A stretch of 64,000 nt of DNA from a virus, in the IMG/VR virus record IMGVR_UViG_3300031649_000001, positions 47,262 through 111,261 of that record. One strand, given 5' to 3'. Shown here one piece after another: positions 49,312 through 58,824 of the stretch. The notes under the pieces are model-generated. The model did no database searches. It saw only the letters and a list, made by a program, of their open reading frames with translations, and was not told the origin of the DNA. The translations under genes were made by a program, and so were the position numbers. Each line of letters begins with the position of its first letter. Position 1 is the first letter of the stretch.

Positions 49312-49630
49312 GCACGAGCAGCCCGAAGGGATCCACGTGGAGGCGAGCCGCCTGGGCCGCAGCCAGCGGTTCGCGCTGACGGCCACGGACGCGGACGGCG
49401 TGGTGGATGAGCGCCGGTGGGCGGTGGTCCAGTGGGCCAGCAAGCCGCGCCAGAGCAAGGGCGAGTTCGCGCCGTGGTGGTACGAGGCGGGGCGGACCTG
49501 GCACCTGTACGACGGTGACGCGCCGCAGGAGGAGGGCGGCGAGCTGCCCCCGCCGAAGTCGTCGTTCGCGTCGATGGAGGAGGTCAAGGCGTACATCCGT
49601 GCGCTGGTGGCGGGGGGGAGCCCGGCCTAG
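49304..49630 (+). CDS. Hypothetical protein
   Basis: Overlaps previous stop. Confidence 0.6.
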   Translation: MSEHEQPEGIHVEASRLGRSQRFALTATDADGVVDERRWAVVQWASKPRQSKGEFAPWWYEAGRTWHLYDGDAPQEEGGELPPPKSSFASMEEVKAYIRALVAGGSPA

Positions 49631-49821
49631 AGTGTGGGGTTCCGCCCGGCGGATGGTGCGGCGTCGCAGTTCCTCCGCCGCCGGGTGCCCCTGAGCCCCT
49701 GGCCCCCGTCGGCCAGGGGCTCATCTCGTGTCACCCGGGCGCCGTGACCTTTGTGCACGCATGCCGCGCGTGCTAATCTCGTGTCACACGGCACCGGGGG
49801 GACCACGGAAGGGACCACGCC

Positions 49822-50328
49822 ATGAAGCTCACCGCAGACGCAGTGCTGAAGCAGAACGGATGGCCCGAGTCGCACGCCGAACTGGCGCGGCTCATCGCGG
49901 AGGGCGACACCGCCCAGACGCTGATCGAAGCCCAGGGCCAGCGGGTCATCCGCCAGCCCGACCCCAAGTGGGACTGGGAGCACGAGGCCGGGCTGTGCGC
50001 CGAGTGTGACCTGCTCCTGATCAGGCTGCCGAAGCCGGTGAAGCTGGAGCGCATCGTGGTCACGCTCGGGCGGCCCATGCCCGTCCAGTACGAGATGACG
50101 CACGCTCACGTGGCCGACGCCGCCGGGAACCTGATGTGCCCGGACTGCGCGGATGGGGGCGAGCCGTGCGGTGAGCCCCACCAGGCGCACATGTGCGACG
50201 CGCCCATGGTGGTGGAGTGTGCGAGCTGCTCCGTGGCACCGGCGATGCCCCGGGAGGATCACTGCCCGGAGTGCCGCCCGTACGAGGGGCAGTACGACAG
50301 CGACCGGTACTACGGGATCTACCTGTAG
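49822..50328 (+). CDS. Cys-rich hypothetical protein (degenerate cassette at ~49744-49788)
   Basis: Several CxxC; TGCTAATCTCGTGTCACAC upstream. Confidence 0.65.
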   Translation: MKLTADAVLKQNGWPESHAELARLIAEGDTAQTLIEAQGQRVIRQPDPKWDWEHEAGLCAECDLLLIRLPKPVKLERIVVTLGRPMPVQYEMTHAHVADAAGNLMCPDCADGGEPCGEPHQAHMCDAPMVVECASCSVAPAMPREDHCPECRPYEGQYDSDRYYGIYL

Positions 50329-50405
50329 GCCGCCTGCGTGGGGGCGTAGCAGCCCCCGCCCCCACGCGTAAACTTCATGTATCCGAGACAGGAGATTTGC
50401 ACGCT

Positions 50406-51068
50406 ATGGAACAAGACGAGAAAGAGGGCCTGACCAGGGTCTTCTGGAGCCACATGGACCTCGCGAAGGGGCTGTACCTGTCGCGCGGACACCTGTACCG
50501 GCTCCTGGACCAGGGTCACATGCTCGGGCCGGACATCGTGATCGCGGCCGACCGGTTCGGCTGGGACCCCAAGCGCTCGCAGCGCTTCGGCATGGAGGCC
50601 GACCGGCTGGACGCGGACGGCCGCCCCATCGGGCCGCCCCCCGACGGCAGCCTGGCCAAGGCCGAGACGCTGGTCAAGACGCGCTACAGCCGTACGCCCG
50701 ATGTGTACCTGTCGTCGTGGCTGTGCTCGTACGCCTACGGCCTCAAGAAGAACGCGGTCTACTTCATGCGCAGCCGGAGCGCGTTCATCCCCGCCGACGT
50801 GAAGATCGAGCCGAAGACGTACGGCTGGTCCGAGCCCAGGGTGATCGAGTTCGGTGAGCAGACCGGCCGCCTGGACGGCGACGGCATCGACCGGTGGGTG
50901 GTGCGGCGGACGGCGGAGTTCGGGCTGTCGCCGGACATCGCCTGGGTGCGCAAGCGGCTCGCCGAGCGACCCGCCGCCGAAGGCCACCCCAGCCTTGAGG
51001 ACCGGGTGAACCACGCTCTGGAAGTGTGGCGGGAGAAGCAGCGGGCCCAGGCTGCCGCGAAGAAGTAG
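50406..51068 (+). CDS. Putative regulator with two tandem AlpA/excisionase-like winged HTH domains
   Basis: Internal duplication PDIVI...FGWD...F...RLDADG / ADVKI...YGWS...F...RLDGDG. Confidence 0.6.
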   Translation: MEQDEKEGLTRVFWSHMDLAKGLYLSRGHLYRLLDQGHMLGPDIVIAADRFGWDPKRSQRFGMEADRLDADGRPIGPPPDGSLAKAETLVKTRYSRTPDVYLSSWLCSYAYGLKKNAVYFMRSRSAFIPADVKIEPKTYGWSEPRVIEFGEQTGRLDGDGIDRWVVRRTAEFGLSPDIAWVRKRLAERPAAEGHPSLEDRVNHALEVWREKQRAQAAAKK

Positions 51069-51126
51069 AAAAAGCGGTAGCCCCCGGCACGCACCGGGGG
51101 CCACCTACACGGCGTCGAAGAAGATC

Positions 51127-52410
51127 GTGAGGACCAAGCCATTGACTCCCCAGAACCATCCGACCGCTACAGCATCCACGCGACTGGTGGACGTGTCCAG
51201 TCACGGCCTGCCCGGTACGGACGTTCCCACCGATTTCATCCAGATGCTCCAGATGGCAGAGATGCTGGCTGAGGCGCACCTGTTCATGCCCTCCCACCTG
51301 CACGGCAAGCCCGCTGACATCCTCGCGCTGATGATGCGGGCGCGCGGCATGGATATCCCCCTGGCCGTGGCCTGGGATGAGCTGTACGCCACGAAGGACG
51401 GCGACGTCGGCCGCCGGGCCAAGCTGGTCCGGGCGCTGGCGCGGCGGGCCGGGCATCGTATCGACTTCGTGGAGCGGGACCGCTTCCATGCGGTGGCGCT
51501 GGTGACCCTGGCCGACGGAGAGAAGCACGAGTGCAGCTTCACCATCACGGAGGCGATGGAGCGCGGCTACACCGACCCGTCGTACGAGTACGCCGACGCC
51601 TGGACGCGGATGCCGGAGGACATGCTCGTCGCCCGCGTGACCACCAGGGCGGTCAACTGGTTCTGTCCGGAGGTGCTGCTGGGGCTGGGCGCGGACCTGA
51701 AGGAGCACGCCGACGAGCCGCAGAACGCGTCCCAGGTGGTGGTGATCCGGGAGGAGCGCCGGGCCCAGGTGCTCCAGACGCTGCGGCTGATGCAGCTCAC
51801 CGAGAAGCAGCCCAACGGGCAGATGCGCCTCAACCTGCTGCGCCAGTTGTTCATGGAGTGCCGGGACGGAACGCTGCTGGACTACGGCTCGGACGAGACC
51901 GGCCAGGTCAGTGTGCGGCATGTGCTCACGGACGCGATGCGGGCGGCCGACACGCTGGCCGGGGAGCAGAGCAGCGGCATCCTGGACCCGGCCAGCCCGG
52001 ACGACGGCCCCAAGACCCTGGCCGATCTGCGTGGATTGCTAGAGGCGGAGACGGCCGGGGAGACCCCGGCGGAGACGGAGCCCGCCGACGCTCCCGCACC
52101 CGAGCCGGAGCCGGTGAAGAAGCCCCGCAAGCGGGCCGCGAAGAAGACGACCGCCAAGAAGACCGCCAGCAAGGAGCAGGCAGGCACCGGGGGGACGTCC
52201 GGAGGCCAGGCCGAGGCCGGGGCGCCCCAAGCCGCCAGCAAGGAGCAGGCGAGCGCGGCGCCGCCCGCCAGTCCGGCCGCCCGCCCGGCCGCCCGGTCGG
52301 CCGGGCGGCCGGACGATGACCGGCTGCCGTGCGGCTGCCTCACCGACCACGTCATCCAGACCGGCCTCCACGCCGACGCCTGCACCGATGCCCCGGGCGG
52401 TGGCGAGTGA
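51127..52410 (+). CDS. RecT-like single-strand annealing protein (start uncertain)
   Basis: PSHLHGKPADI, SFTITEA...G, WTRMPEDMLVAR...FCPEVLLG. Confidence 0.8.
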   Translation: MRTKPLTPQNHPTATASTRLVDVSSHGLPGTDVPTDFIQMLQMAEMLAEAHLFMPSHLHGKPADILALMMRARGMDIPLAVAWDELYATKDGDVGRRAKLVRALARRAGHRIDFVERDRFHAVALVTLADGEKHECSFTITEAMERGYTDPSYEYADAWTRMPEDMLVARVTTRAVNWFCPEVLLGLGADLKEHADEPQNASQVVVIREERRAQVLQTLRLMQLTEKQPNGQMRLNLLRQLFMECRDGTLLDYGSDETGQVSVRHVLTDAMRAADTLAGEQSSGILDPASPDDGPKTLADLRGLLEAETAGETPAETEPADAPAPEPEPVKKPRKRAAKKTTAKKTASKEQAGTGGTSGGQAEAGAPQAASKEQASAAPPASPAARPAARSAGRPDDDRLPCGCLTDHVIQTGLHADACTDAPGGGE

Positions 52411-53522
52411 CCGCGCTGGAGCCCCAGGGCGCGGCCCCCCGTACCGGGCCGCTGCCGCTGGCGGCCGTCCCCGCCCTGCGCAAGGGCCTGGAGCGGGCGG
52501 CCGGGCGCGCCTTCAAGAAGGCCAACCGCGAGAACCAGGAGCGGCGCGGCGAGGAGAGGATGTGGCTGCTGTCCATGTCGGGGCTGGGCGGCTGCACCCG
52601 GGAGTCGGCGTACAAGCTGGCCGGGGTGCCGCCGTCGGACCCGGAGCTGGCCTACGACACCGAGGCCAGGCAGGCGCTGCTGGGGACGTGGATCCATGAG
52701 AAGTACCTGCCGTACTTCGCGGCCGAGCTGGCGGACGGCGCGGTGGAGATGCCGGTCCGGCTGGAGGTGCCCATCTACGCGGATGACACCGGGGAGTTCG
52801 TGCGGAACCAGGTGATCGACGGGACGACGGACTGCTACACGGAGGTGATGGGCGGCGGGGTGATCGATCTGAAGACGCTGGGCGCCTACCTGCTGGGCGG
52901 GGTGGAGCACGACGGCGTGAAGGAGGAGCACCGGGTGCAGGTGCGCGGCTACGCCACCGGGATCCGGCAGTGGGGGATGCCGGTGGCGTGGATCGCCTGG
53001 CTCTACATGGACCGCGCCAACGGTGAGGTCGCCGTGCACATCGAGCCGTTCGGCGAGGACGCCGAGGAGGCCACCGAGGAGCAGGTGCGTCATCTGGTGC
53101 GGCTGTCGGCCGCGCCGGACGCCGCGCCGCGCGGCCACCGGGGGCCGGGTCTGTCGTGGGTGTGTGACGGCTGTGCGTGGCTGCGGGCGTGCTTCGGGCC
53201 GGACGCGGAGCCGGGCGACAGCTCCGCGCTCCAGGTCCACACGGCTCCGGAGATCGCGTTCGCGGCGGAGAAGTACGCCGAACTCAGGGCGCAGATCGGA
53301 CCCCTGGAGAAGGATAAGGAGATGTACGCGGCCATGATCGGGCGGCCCAAGCCGGGCGTCTACGGGCCCATGGCGATCACGTACGGCAGGGACGGCGACA
53401 AGGTGGACGAGGCGGCGGCGATCGAGATGCTGGGGCTGATGGGGGCGGAGATCCCCTACAAGCCCAGGCGGGGCAACAGGAACGTCCGGTACAACCCGGG
53501 ACACACGGCGGTGGAGGAGTAG
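52407..53522 (+). CDS. Cas4/RecB-like PD-(D/E)xK exonuclease
   Basis: GGCTRE, LGTWIHE, GTTD, IDLKT, QVRGY, CDGC..LRAC (four Fe-S cysteines). Confidence 0.85.
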   Translation: MTALEPQGAAPRTGPLPLAAVPALRKGLERAAGRAFKKANRENQERRGEERMWLLSMSGLGGCTRESAYKLAGVPPSDPELAYDTEARQALLGTWIHEKYLPYFAAELADGAVEMPVRLEVPIYADDTGEFVRNQVIDGTTDCYTEVMGGGVIDLKTLGAYLLGGVEHDGVKEEHRVQVRGYATGIRQWGMPVAWIAWLYMDRANGEVAVHIEPFGEDAEEATEEQVRHLVRLSAAPDAAPRGHRGPGLSWVCDGCAWLRACFGPDAEPGDSSALQVHTAPEIAFAAEKYAELRAQIGPLEKDKEMYAAMIGRPKPGVYGPMAITYGRDGDKVDEAAAIEMLGLMGAEIPYKPRRGNRNVRYNPGHTAVEE

Positions 53523-53525
53523 GCG

Positions 53526-54038
53526 ATGGCGAGTGCGGAGGGGGGCCGGGCCGTGGACCCGGTCCCCACGCGGGAGACGATAGAGCAGGCGTTCGCGCTG
53601 GTGGACGGCGAGCCCAAGACCGTGGGCGAGCTGTCCTTCGCGATGTGCGCGGTGCTCGGGGTGGACACCGAGGGCTGCGGCTCGTACGACCTGCGGAAGA
53701 TGTTCCCGTACCAGGTGTTCACCACCCTGCTGTCGCACATGGTGCGGGACGGCGAGGTGGTGGTCCACACGCGGAGCGAGTGGCGGAAGCTGACGCGGGG
53801 GGTGTTCTTCCGTGGGGGCAACCAGCAGGCTCGCGCGTACGCCACGGCGGACGCCGCCCGGCAGATCAGGACGGCGCTGCGGGCGGCCGGTTCCAGCGAC
53901 CCCAGGGCGCGCTGGGAGCTGGCTTTGCACATGGCGCGTCAGCGGGTGCTGCGGGAGCATGCGGCGGACGTGGAGGCGTACGCATCCGCGTGGATGAAGC
54001 AAGAGACGGCGAAGCGAGGAGGCGGCGGCGGTGGCTGA
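53526..54038 (+). CDS. Hypothetical protein
   Basis: GGAGGAG RBS. Confidence 0.65.
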   Translation: MASAEGGRAVDPVPTRETIEQAFALVDGEPKTVGELSFAMCAVLGVDTEGCGSYDLRKMFPYQVFTTLLSHMVRDGEVVVHTRSEWRKLTRGVFFRGGNQQARAYATADAARQIRTALRAAGSSDPRARWELALHMARQRVLREHAADVEAYASAWMKQETAKRGGGGGG

Positions 54039-54306
54039 CGTGATGAGCGCGGTGGAGATCACCTTCAAGGTGGAGGCGCTGGCGGGGCTGGACGGCAGGC
54101 AGTGGATCACGTGTGAGCTCAAGGACGGCGAGCCGATGCACGTCGGCTACATCACGCCGCGCGGGGACGCCGTGGCCGCCCACGGCACCGGCGACGGCTG
54201 GCCCCAGATCGACGTGTGCGCGGATGACACGCGCGCGATGTGCGCGGTGATCGGGGCGTGGGGCCGTCAGCTCGCCAACGATCCGGGGGGCGACGATGAC
54301 GACTGA
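54031..54306 (+). CDS. Hypothetical protein
   Basis: Operon position. Confidence 0.55.
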   Translation: MADVMSAVEITFKVEALAGLDGRQWITCELKDGEPMHVGYITPRGDAVAAHGTGDGWPQIDVCADDTRAMCAVIGAWGRQLANDPGGDDDD

Positions 54307-54697
54307 CGAGGAGGAGCGGGACATGTTCTCGTTCCTCACGTACACGTGGGACGTGACGGCCGCCGCCGCGCTGGCGGCCGGGCTGCCGGTCCAGCCGTTC
54401 ACGGTGCAGTCGGCGTTCCAGCTCCTGCCTTTCATCCGCGTGGACCGGGAGCATGCGAAGACGGTGGACCTTGAGGAGCCGCTGCTGGCGGTCTACCTCA
54501 AGGAGCTGGATTCGCCGTTCGTGATCGACGGCTGGCATCGTCTGGCACGGGCCGGGGCGGAAGGCGTCACGACGCTGCCGTGCAGGCTGCTGACAGCCGA
54601 CCAGGAGCGCCAGGTGCGCCTCCACGGCGGCACCAAGGGACAACCCGACCGGGCCGCCCGGCGGGCGAGACTGCTGGAGGAACGCGGTGGGCGTTGA
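54296..54697 (+). CDS. ParB/Srx-like N-terminal domain protein
   Basis: PLL...FVIDGWHRLARA...TLPC. Confidence 0.75.
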   Translation: MTTDEEERDMFSFLTYTWDVTAAAALAAGLPVQPFTVQSAFQLLPFIRVDREHAKTVDLEEPLLAVYLKELDSPFVIDGWHRLARAGAEGVTTLPCRLLTADQERQVRLHGGTKGQPDRAARRARLLEERGGR

Positions 54698-55067
54698 CGT
54701 GAAGGACTGGAAGGCGCGGCGGCGACTGGCGGAGGCGTGCGCGGCCGTGGCCGTGGCCCAGGCCCACGGCCTGGACCCGACCCGGCCGGACCTGGAGGAG
54801 CTGCACCCGGCGGAGTTCGCGGAGGCGGTGCACACCTGGTCCCAGGCCAACCCGGTGCAGCCCGACCCGCTGCTGGGCGGGGGCTTCGACACCCGCTCCA
54901 ACTCCGGCGCGGCGGCCTACGCCATGCAGCGCGTCAGCGAGGGCGCCACGCTGTGCGCCGGGTGCGAGGAGTACGTGTTCCAGGAGGACCTGGCCGCCGG
55001 GCCAGCCGGGCTGCTCGTGATCTGCCGCCGGTGCGTGGCGCGGGAGAAGGTGGCGGCCGGTGCCTGA
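54687..55067 (+). CDS. Hypothetical zinc-finger protein
   Basis: CAGC...CRRC; GGAGG RBS. Confidence 0.6.
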   Translation: MGVDVKDWKARRRLAEACAAVAVAQAHGLDPTRPDLEELHPAEFAEAVHTWSQANPVQPDPLLGGGFDTRSNSGAAAYAMQRVSEGATLCAGCEEYVFQEDLAAGPAGLLVICRRCVAREKVAAGA

Positions 55068-55446
55068 GGAGCGGGAGCTGCCGCCGGAGATGTGGCCCCG
55101 GGAGGGTCCGGTGCAGGGCCCGTGTGCCAAGTGCCGTCAGGTGGGCTCGCTGGTCCTGGAGCATCGCCTGGAGTACCTGGACCCGCCCGCCGGGGGCTGG
55201 CCGCCGGACGTCCCGGCGGCGCGGCTGGCGGCGGCGTGCCGGGGCTGCGGCAGCGACTTCCTGACGCGGACGACGCGGCTGGTGGCGAACCTGGGGGCGT
55301 CGCTGGCCGGGGTCCAGCCGAAGGTGTCGGCGACGGAGCGGCCGTGGCTCAAGTGCGAGCAGTGCAGTCACGAGGCCGGGGCCAGGCTGTGGCCGTGGGT
55401 GCGGTGCACGGCGTGCGGGCGGGAGTCGCGCGGCCGGTTCGAGTGA
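55060..55446 (+). CDS. Multi-CxxC zinc-finger protein
   Basis: Four CxxC pairs. Confidence 0.65.
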   Translation: MPEERELPPEMWPREGPVQGPCAKCRQVGSLVLEHRLEYLDPPAGGWPPDVPAARLAAACRGCGSDFLTRTTRLVANLGASLAGVQPKVSATERPWLKCEQCSHEAGARLWPWVRCTACGRESRGRFE

Positions 55447-55495
55447 GGTAACGCTCCGTGTACGCTTGTGCACGCAGGGAAAAGGTGAGCAGCGC

Positions 55496-55530
55496 CGAAA
55501 GGCCCGACGCCGGGAGCGTCGGGCCTTTCG
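55496..55530. terminator. Bidirectional intrinsic terminator
   Basis: CGAAAGGCCCGACGC-cggga-GCGTCGGGCCTTTCG between convergent genes. Confidence 0.8.
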
Positions 55531-55569
55531 TGTTGTCCGGGCGCCCGCCCGGCCGGGCGGGGGGCCGGG

Positions 55570-55779
55570 TCAGTTGCCGGGGCCGAACTCGCACCACTCG
55601 CAGAAGTACCGGTTGCACGAGGGGTCCGAGCAGCAGTCGCCCATCTCGCCGCCGCAGTCGGGGCACGCGTCCTCCGCGACCTCCAGGACGGGGACCACCG
55701 GCGCGGGCGCCGCCGGAGCGACGGTGACCGTGACGGTCCGGGTGACGATGACGGTCTCGGTGACGGTGATCTCCAGCAT
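55570..55779 (-). CDS. Small Thr/Val-rich, Cys-rich protein (cassette-driven)
   Basis: Follows cassette and stem-loop. Confidence 0.6.
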   Translation of the reverse strand: MLEITVTETVIVTRTVTVTVAPAAPAPVVPVLEVAEDACPDCGGEMGDCCSDPSCNRYFCEWCEFGPGN

Positions 55780-55822
55780 GATGGCCCCCTGGGCTCCGGC
55801 GTGGTGGGGGCTCCTGCCCCCC

Positions 55823-55891
55823 GGTGTGACACCAGTATTGCATACGCAGTTCAGGTTACGCAAACCCCGTGTCTCATCAATCCACGGGGAT
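55823..55891 (-). promoter_or_regulatory. Dyad promoter cassette with adjacent 12-bp palindrome
   Basis: Reverse complement: ATCCCCGTGGATTGATGAGACACGGGGTTTGCGT...ATGCAATACTGGTGTCACAC. Confidence 0.9.
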
Positions 55892-55926
55892 GGACCGGGC
55901 GGGGGCCGCCCGCCCGGCCGGGAGGT

Positions 55927-56184
55927 TCAGGCGTTCCGGAAGGCGGGCTGGGCCCTGAACTCAAGGCTGATGTGAGCCACGTCCCAGTTCGCGAGGGCCC
56001 ACTCCTGGAGGGGCTTGAGCGGGCCCTCGGTGTCGCACACGAGGTAGGCCGGGGTGCCTCCGAAGTAGTCGATCATCTCGGAGCCGGGCGCGCTGTAGTC
56101 GACCGGGACAACGTCCGGGAGGGCGGTACCGAAGGCGGCCTGCTGGTTGGGGGCGGTGCGGACTTCCAGGACCCAGCGGTTCAT
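55927..56184 (-). CDS. Hypothetical protein (cassette-driven)
   Basis: AAGGAG RBS. Confidence 0.65.
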   Translation of the reverse strand: MNRWVLEVRTAPNQQAAFGTALPDVVPVDYSAPGSEMIDYFGGTPAYLVCDTEGPLKPLQEWALANWDVAHISLEFRAQPAFRNA

Positions 56185-56221
56185 GGCCTTCTCCTTGGGG
56201 CGTGGTGGGGGCGGCGCCCCG

Positions 56222-56289
56222 GTGTGACATCAGTATTGCATACGCGGTTCAGGTTATGCAAACCTCGTGTCTCATCAATCCACGGGGAT
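56222..56289 (-). promoter_or_regulatory. Dyad promoter cassette with adjacent 12-bp palindrome
   Basis: Near-identical to 55823-55891. Confidence 0.9.
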
Positions 56290-56329
56290 GAGGCCGGGCG
56301 GACAGGAGGCCGCCCGCCCGGCCGGGCGG

Positions 56330-56656
56330 CTACGCGGGCCAGGCGAAGCCGGAGTTCCCGACGACCGCCAGGTTGAGGACCGACCCGAAGAACGACGCCC
56401 GCCGGAAGTCGGCGAAGGCGAAGTGCAGGTGCTGGAGCCGGGCGTCGATCACCGTGGCGTGGCGGCTGATGGACTGCGGCGAGCCCGCGTTCAGCACGTC
56501 CAGCAGGGCCTGGGCGTCCGGAGCGTCGTAGAAGGCGACGTTGACGGAGCCGTCGGCCTGGCTGAGCCAGACGTCCACGTAGCCGGGGAGCTGCCGGGCG
56601 AGGTGGCTGGTGGCCTGCTGGGGGGTGAGGGTCGGGTCGTTGAGCGAGCTGAGCAT
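56330..56656 (-). CDS. Hypothetical protein
   Basis: Preceded by ATCCACGCAGACAAGGAG. Confidence 0.65.
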   Translation of the reverse strand: MLSSLNDPTLTPQQATSHLARQLPGYVDVWLSQADGSVNVAFYDAPDAQALLDVLNAGSPQSISRHATVIDARLQHLHFAFADFRRASFFGSVLNLAVVGNSGFAWPA

Positions 56657-56743
56657 GACGGCTCTCCTTGTCTGCGTGGATCGTGGTGGGGCTCGCGCCC
56701 CGGGAGGGGGGCCGCCCGCCCGGCCGGGCGGGCGGCGGGCGGG

Positions 56744-57004
56744 TCAGGCGTCCAGGCCCTGACCCCAGGCGGCGACGATGCGGTGGTACTCGGCGCGGGC
56801 GGCCTGGCTGTCGCGGCCGACGCGGACGGCGAGCGCGGCGATGGCCTCGCGGTCCACATCCTGGCCCTTGACCGCGCGGCGCAGGTCGATGGCCACCCGC
56901 TGGTCGATGCTGACCAGACGGCCCGCCAGCGCCTTCACGTCGGCGGCGTCGCCCAGCTCGGCCACGATCTGAAGCTCTTCGATGAGTTCGGCGGTGGACA
57001 TCAT
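56744..57004 (-). CDS. Hypothetical protein (cassette-driven)
   Basis: AGGAG RBS. Confidence 0.65.
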   Translation of the reverse strand: MMSTAELIEELQIVAELGDAADVKALAGRLVSIDQRVAIDLRRAVKGQDVDREAIAALAVRVGRDSQAARAEYHRIVAAWGQGLDA

Positions 57005-57040
57005 GGCGGGCTCCTGGGCGTGGTGGGGGCGGCGCCCCCG

Positions 57041-57093
57041 GTGTGACACCAGTATTGCATACGCCATTCGGCGAACGCAAATCTCGTGTCACA
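57041..57093 (-). promoter_or_regulatory. Dyad promoter cassette
   Basis: Reverse complement: TGTGACACGAGATTTGCGT...ATGCAATACTGGTGTCACAC. Confidence 0.9.
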
Positions 57094-57137
57094 CGGCCGG
57101 GCGGCCGGTCGGCCGCCCGGCCGTGGAGCCGACGGGG

Positions 57138-57626
57138 TCAGTGGTCGGCCAGTACCTCCACGTCACCGCCGGACAGTGCCCGCAGCGCGGCGTGGACGCG
57201 GGCCGCCGTGAAGGTCATCAGCAGCTCCTCCATGTCCCCGGGGTCCACCCAGCGCACCCCGGCCACGTCCGGCCCTAGCGTGAACTCAGGGTCCTTGTCC
57301 CACACTCCGCAGTCGTAGAGCAGGTTGAGACCTTCCCGGGAGTAGTGGGTGCGCCACTGCTTGCCGTACATGTGGTGCACCGCCAGCAGGCGGCCGGGCT
57401 CCAGCGTGGCGCCCGTCTTGCGGCGGGCCGCACGCACCAGGCCGTCGGTCAGCGGCTCGTTCTCCTCCACGCACCCGCCCGGCAGGTAGAACGGGACGGG
57501 GTGCTCCTCCGGCGGCTGCTTCTTCTCCACGAACAGCACGTGACCGTCCGTGTTGCGCACGATTCCCAGGGCTCCGACGCGGCGCTCCGGCGCGTGGATG
57601 AAATGGTCGTGCTTCGCTTCTGGCAT
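57138..57626 (-). CDS. NUDIX-fold protein with degenerate Nudix box
   Basis: FYLPGGCVEENEPLTDGLVRAARRKTG; PGRLLAVHH. Confidence 0.8.
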   Translation of the reverse strand: MPEAKHDHFIHAPERRVGALGIVRNTDGHVLFVEKKQPPEEHPVPFYLPGGCVEENEPLTDGLVRAARRKTGATLEPGRLLAVHHMYGKQWRTHYSREGLNLLYDCGVWDKDPEFTLGPDVAGVRWVDPGDMEELLMTFTAARVHAALRALSGGDVEVLADH

Positions 57627-57773
57627 GGAACTCCTCTTCGCCCAAGTGGACTGCGGGCGGCCGGAGTTGGCCGCCCGGGAACCAGCCTGGTGCCAGACCA
57701 TAAACACCTGTTGAACGAACGGGCGTTCGCCGCACGGGCGGGCGGCCGGGTGACCGCCCGCCCGTGCGGGAGT

Positions 57774-58463
57774 TCAGCAGGAGGGGCACCAGCCGCCCGC
57801 CTTGCGGACCGGGCCCTCGTCGCTCAGGCGGGCCAGTCCGTGGGCGTGGCCGTGGGTCTTGCAGATCAGGGCGTACTCGGGCTTGCCGTCCACGTACCGG
57901 CGGCCGACCTCGGCGCCCGCCTTCGGCTTGTCGTAGAGCAGGTCCCAGCCGGTGGCGCTGGAGGCTCCCAGGGCCTCCCTGGCGGCCTTGCGGGGCGCGG
58001 CCGGGGCGGCGGGCGCCGGGGCCGGGGCGGCGGCCGGGGCGAGGGTCAGGTCGCTGACGATGTAGTCGGCGCCGCCGGACGCGGCCAGGTGGGCGAACTC
58101 GGCGTCGTACTGGACGGAGACGACCCAGCCGACCGGGGTGAGCGCGGGCTCGTTGGTGGTGGTGCCGGTGGCGTTCTCGGGGGTGGTGACGCGGGAGGCG
58201 GCGGGCAGCTCCGGGGTGATGGGGGCGGCGGCCGGGGCGTCGTACTTGCCCTCCACGAAGGTGGCGAAGACCTCGTCCCAGTCGGCGCCGTCGATGGTGG
58301 AGCCGGAGAGGCGGGTCTTGTCGCCGAGGTACGCCTTGGCCATCTCCTCGTACTGCTGGCGGTCCTTGCCGAAGGTGAAGCCGACCGGCTCGAAGGAGTT
58401 GGGGGCGTCCTTGAAGAGGTTGCGGCAGACGGCGGACGTGGCGGCGGCGGTGGAGAGGGCCAT
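57774..58463 (-). CDS. WELLYDK-family protein 3 (longer in-frame isoform from 58802)
   Basis: GWDLLYDKPKAGAEVGRR...ICKTHGH...WCPSC. Confidence 0.85.
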   Translation of the reverse strand: MALSTAAATSAVCRNLFKDAPNSFEPVGFTFGKDRQQYEEMAKAYLGDKTRLSGSTIDGADWDEVFATFVEGKYDAPAAAPITPELPAASRVTTPENATGTTTNEPALTPVGWVVSVQYDAEFAHLAASGGADYIVSDLTLAPAAAPAPAPAAPAAPRKAAREALGASSATGWDLLYDKPKAGAEVGRRYVDGKPEYALICKTHGHAHGLARLSDEGPVRKAGGWCPSC

Positions 58464-58510
58464 CGTGGGCTCCTTCGGGTCGGTCGTGGTGGGGGGCTCC
58501 GCGCCCCCCG

Positions 58511-58578
58511 GTGTGACACCAGTATTGCATACACCGTTCGGCGTGCGCAAACCTTGTGTCTCATCAATCCACGTGGAT
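58511..58578 (-). promoter_or_regulatory. Dyad promoter cassette with perfect ATCCACGTGGAT
   Basis: Same consensus. Confidence 0.9.
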
Positions 58579-58824
58579 CGGACCGGGGAGGCAGGCGTAC
58601 CGTACGCGGCCTCGTGGTCCACGCGGTCCTGGAGCGCCTGGCAGCACACGTCCTGGGCCTCGGGCCCCATGCCGGGGCACTCCCGCCGGGCGCAGCAGGT
58701 CGTGTCCCCGCCGTCGTCGGTGATCGGGTTCGTCTCGCCGCACACCGAGCAGTGCGCCATCTGCGCCAGGTCGACGGCGCGCGGGTAGCGCTGGTGGCTC
58801 ATCGGGGTCCTCTCTGCCGGTGCC

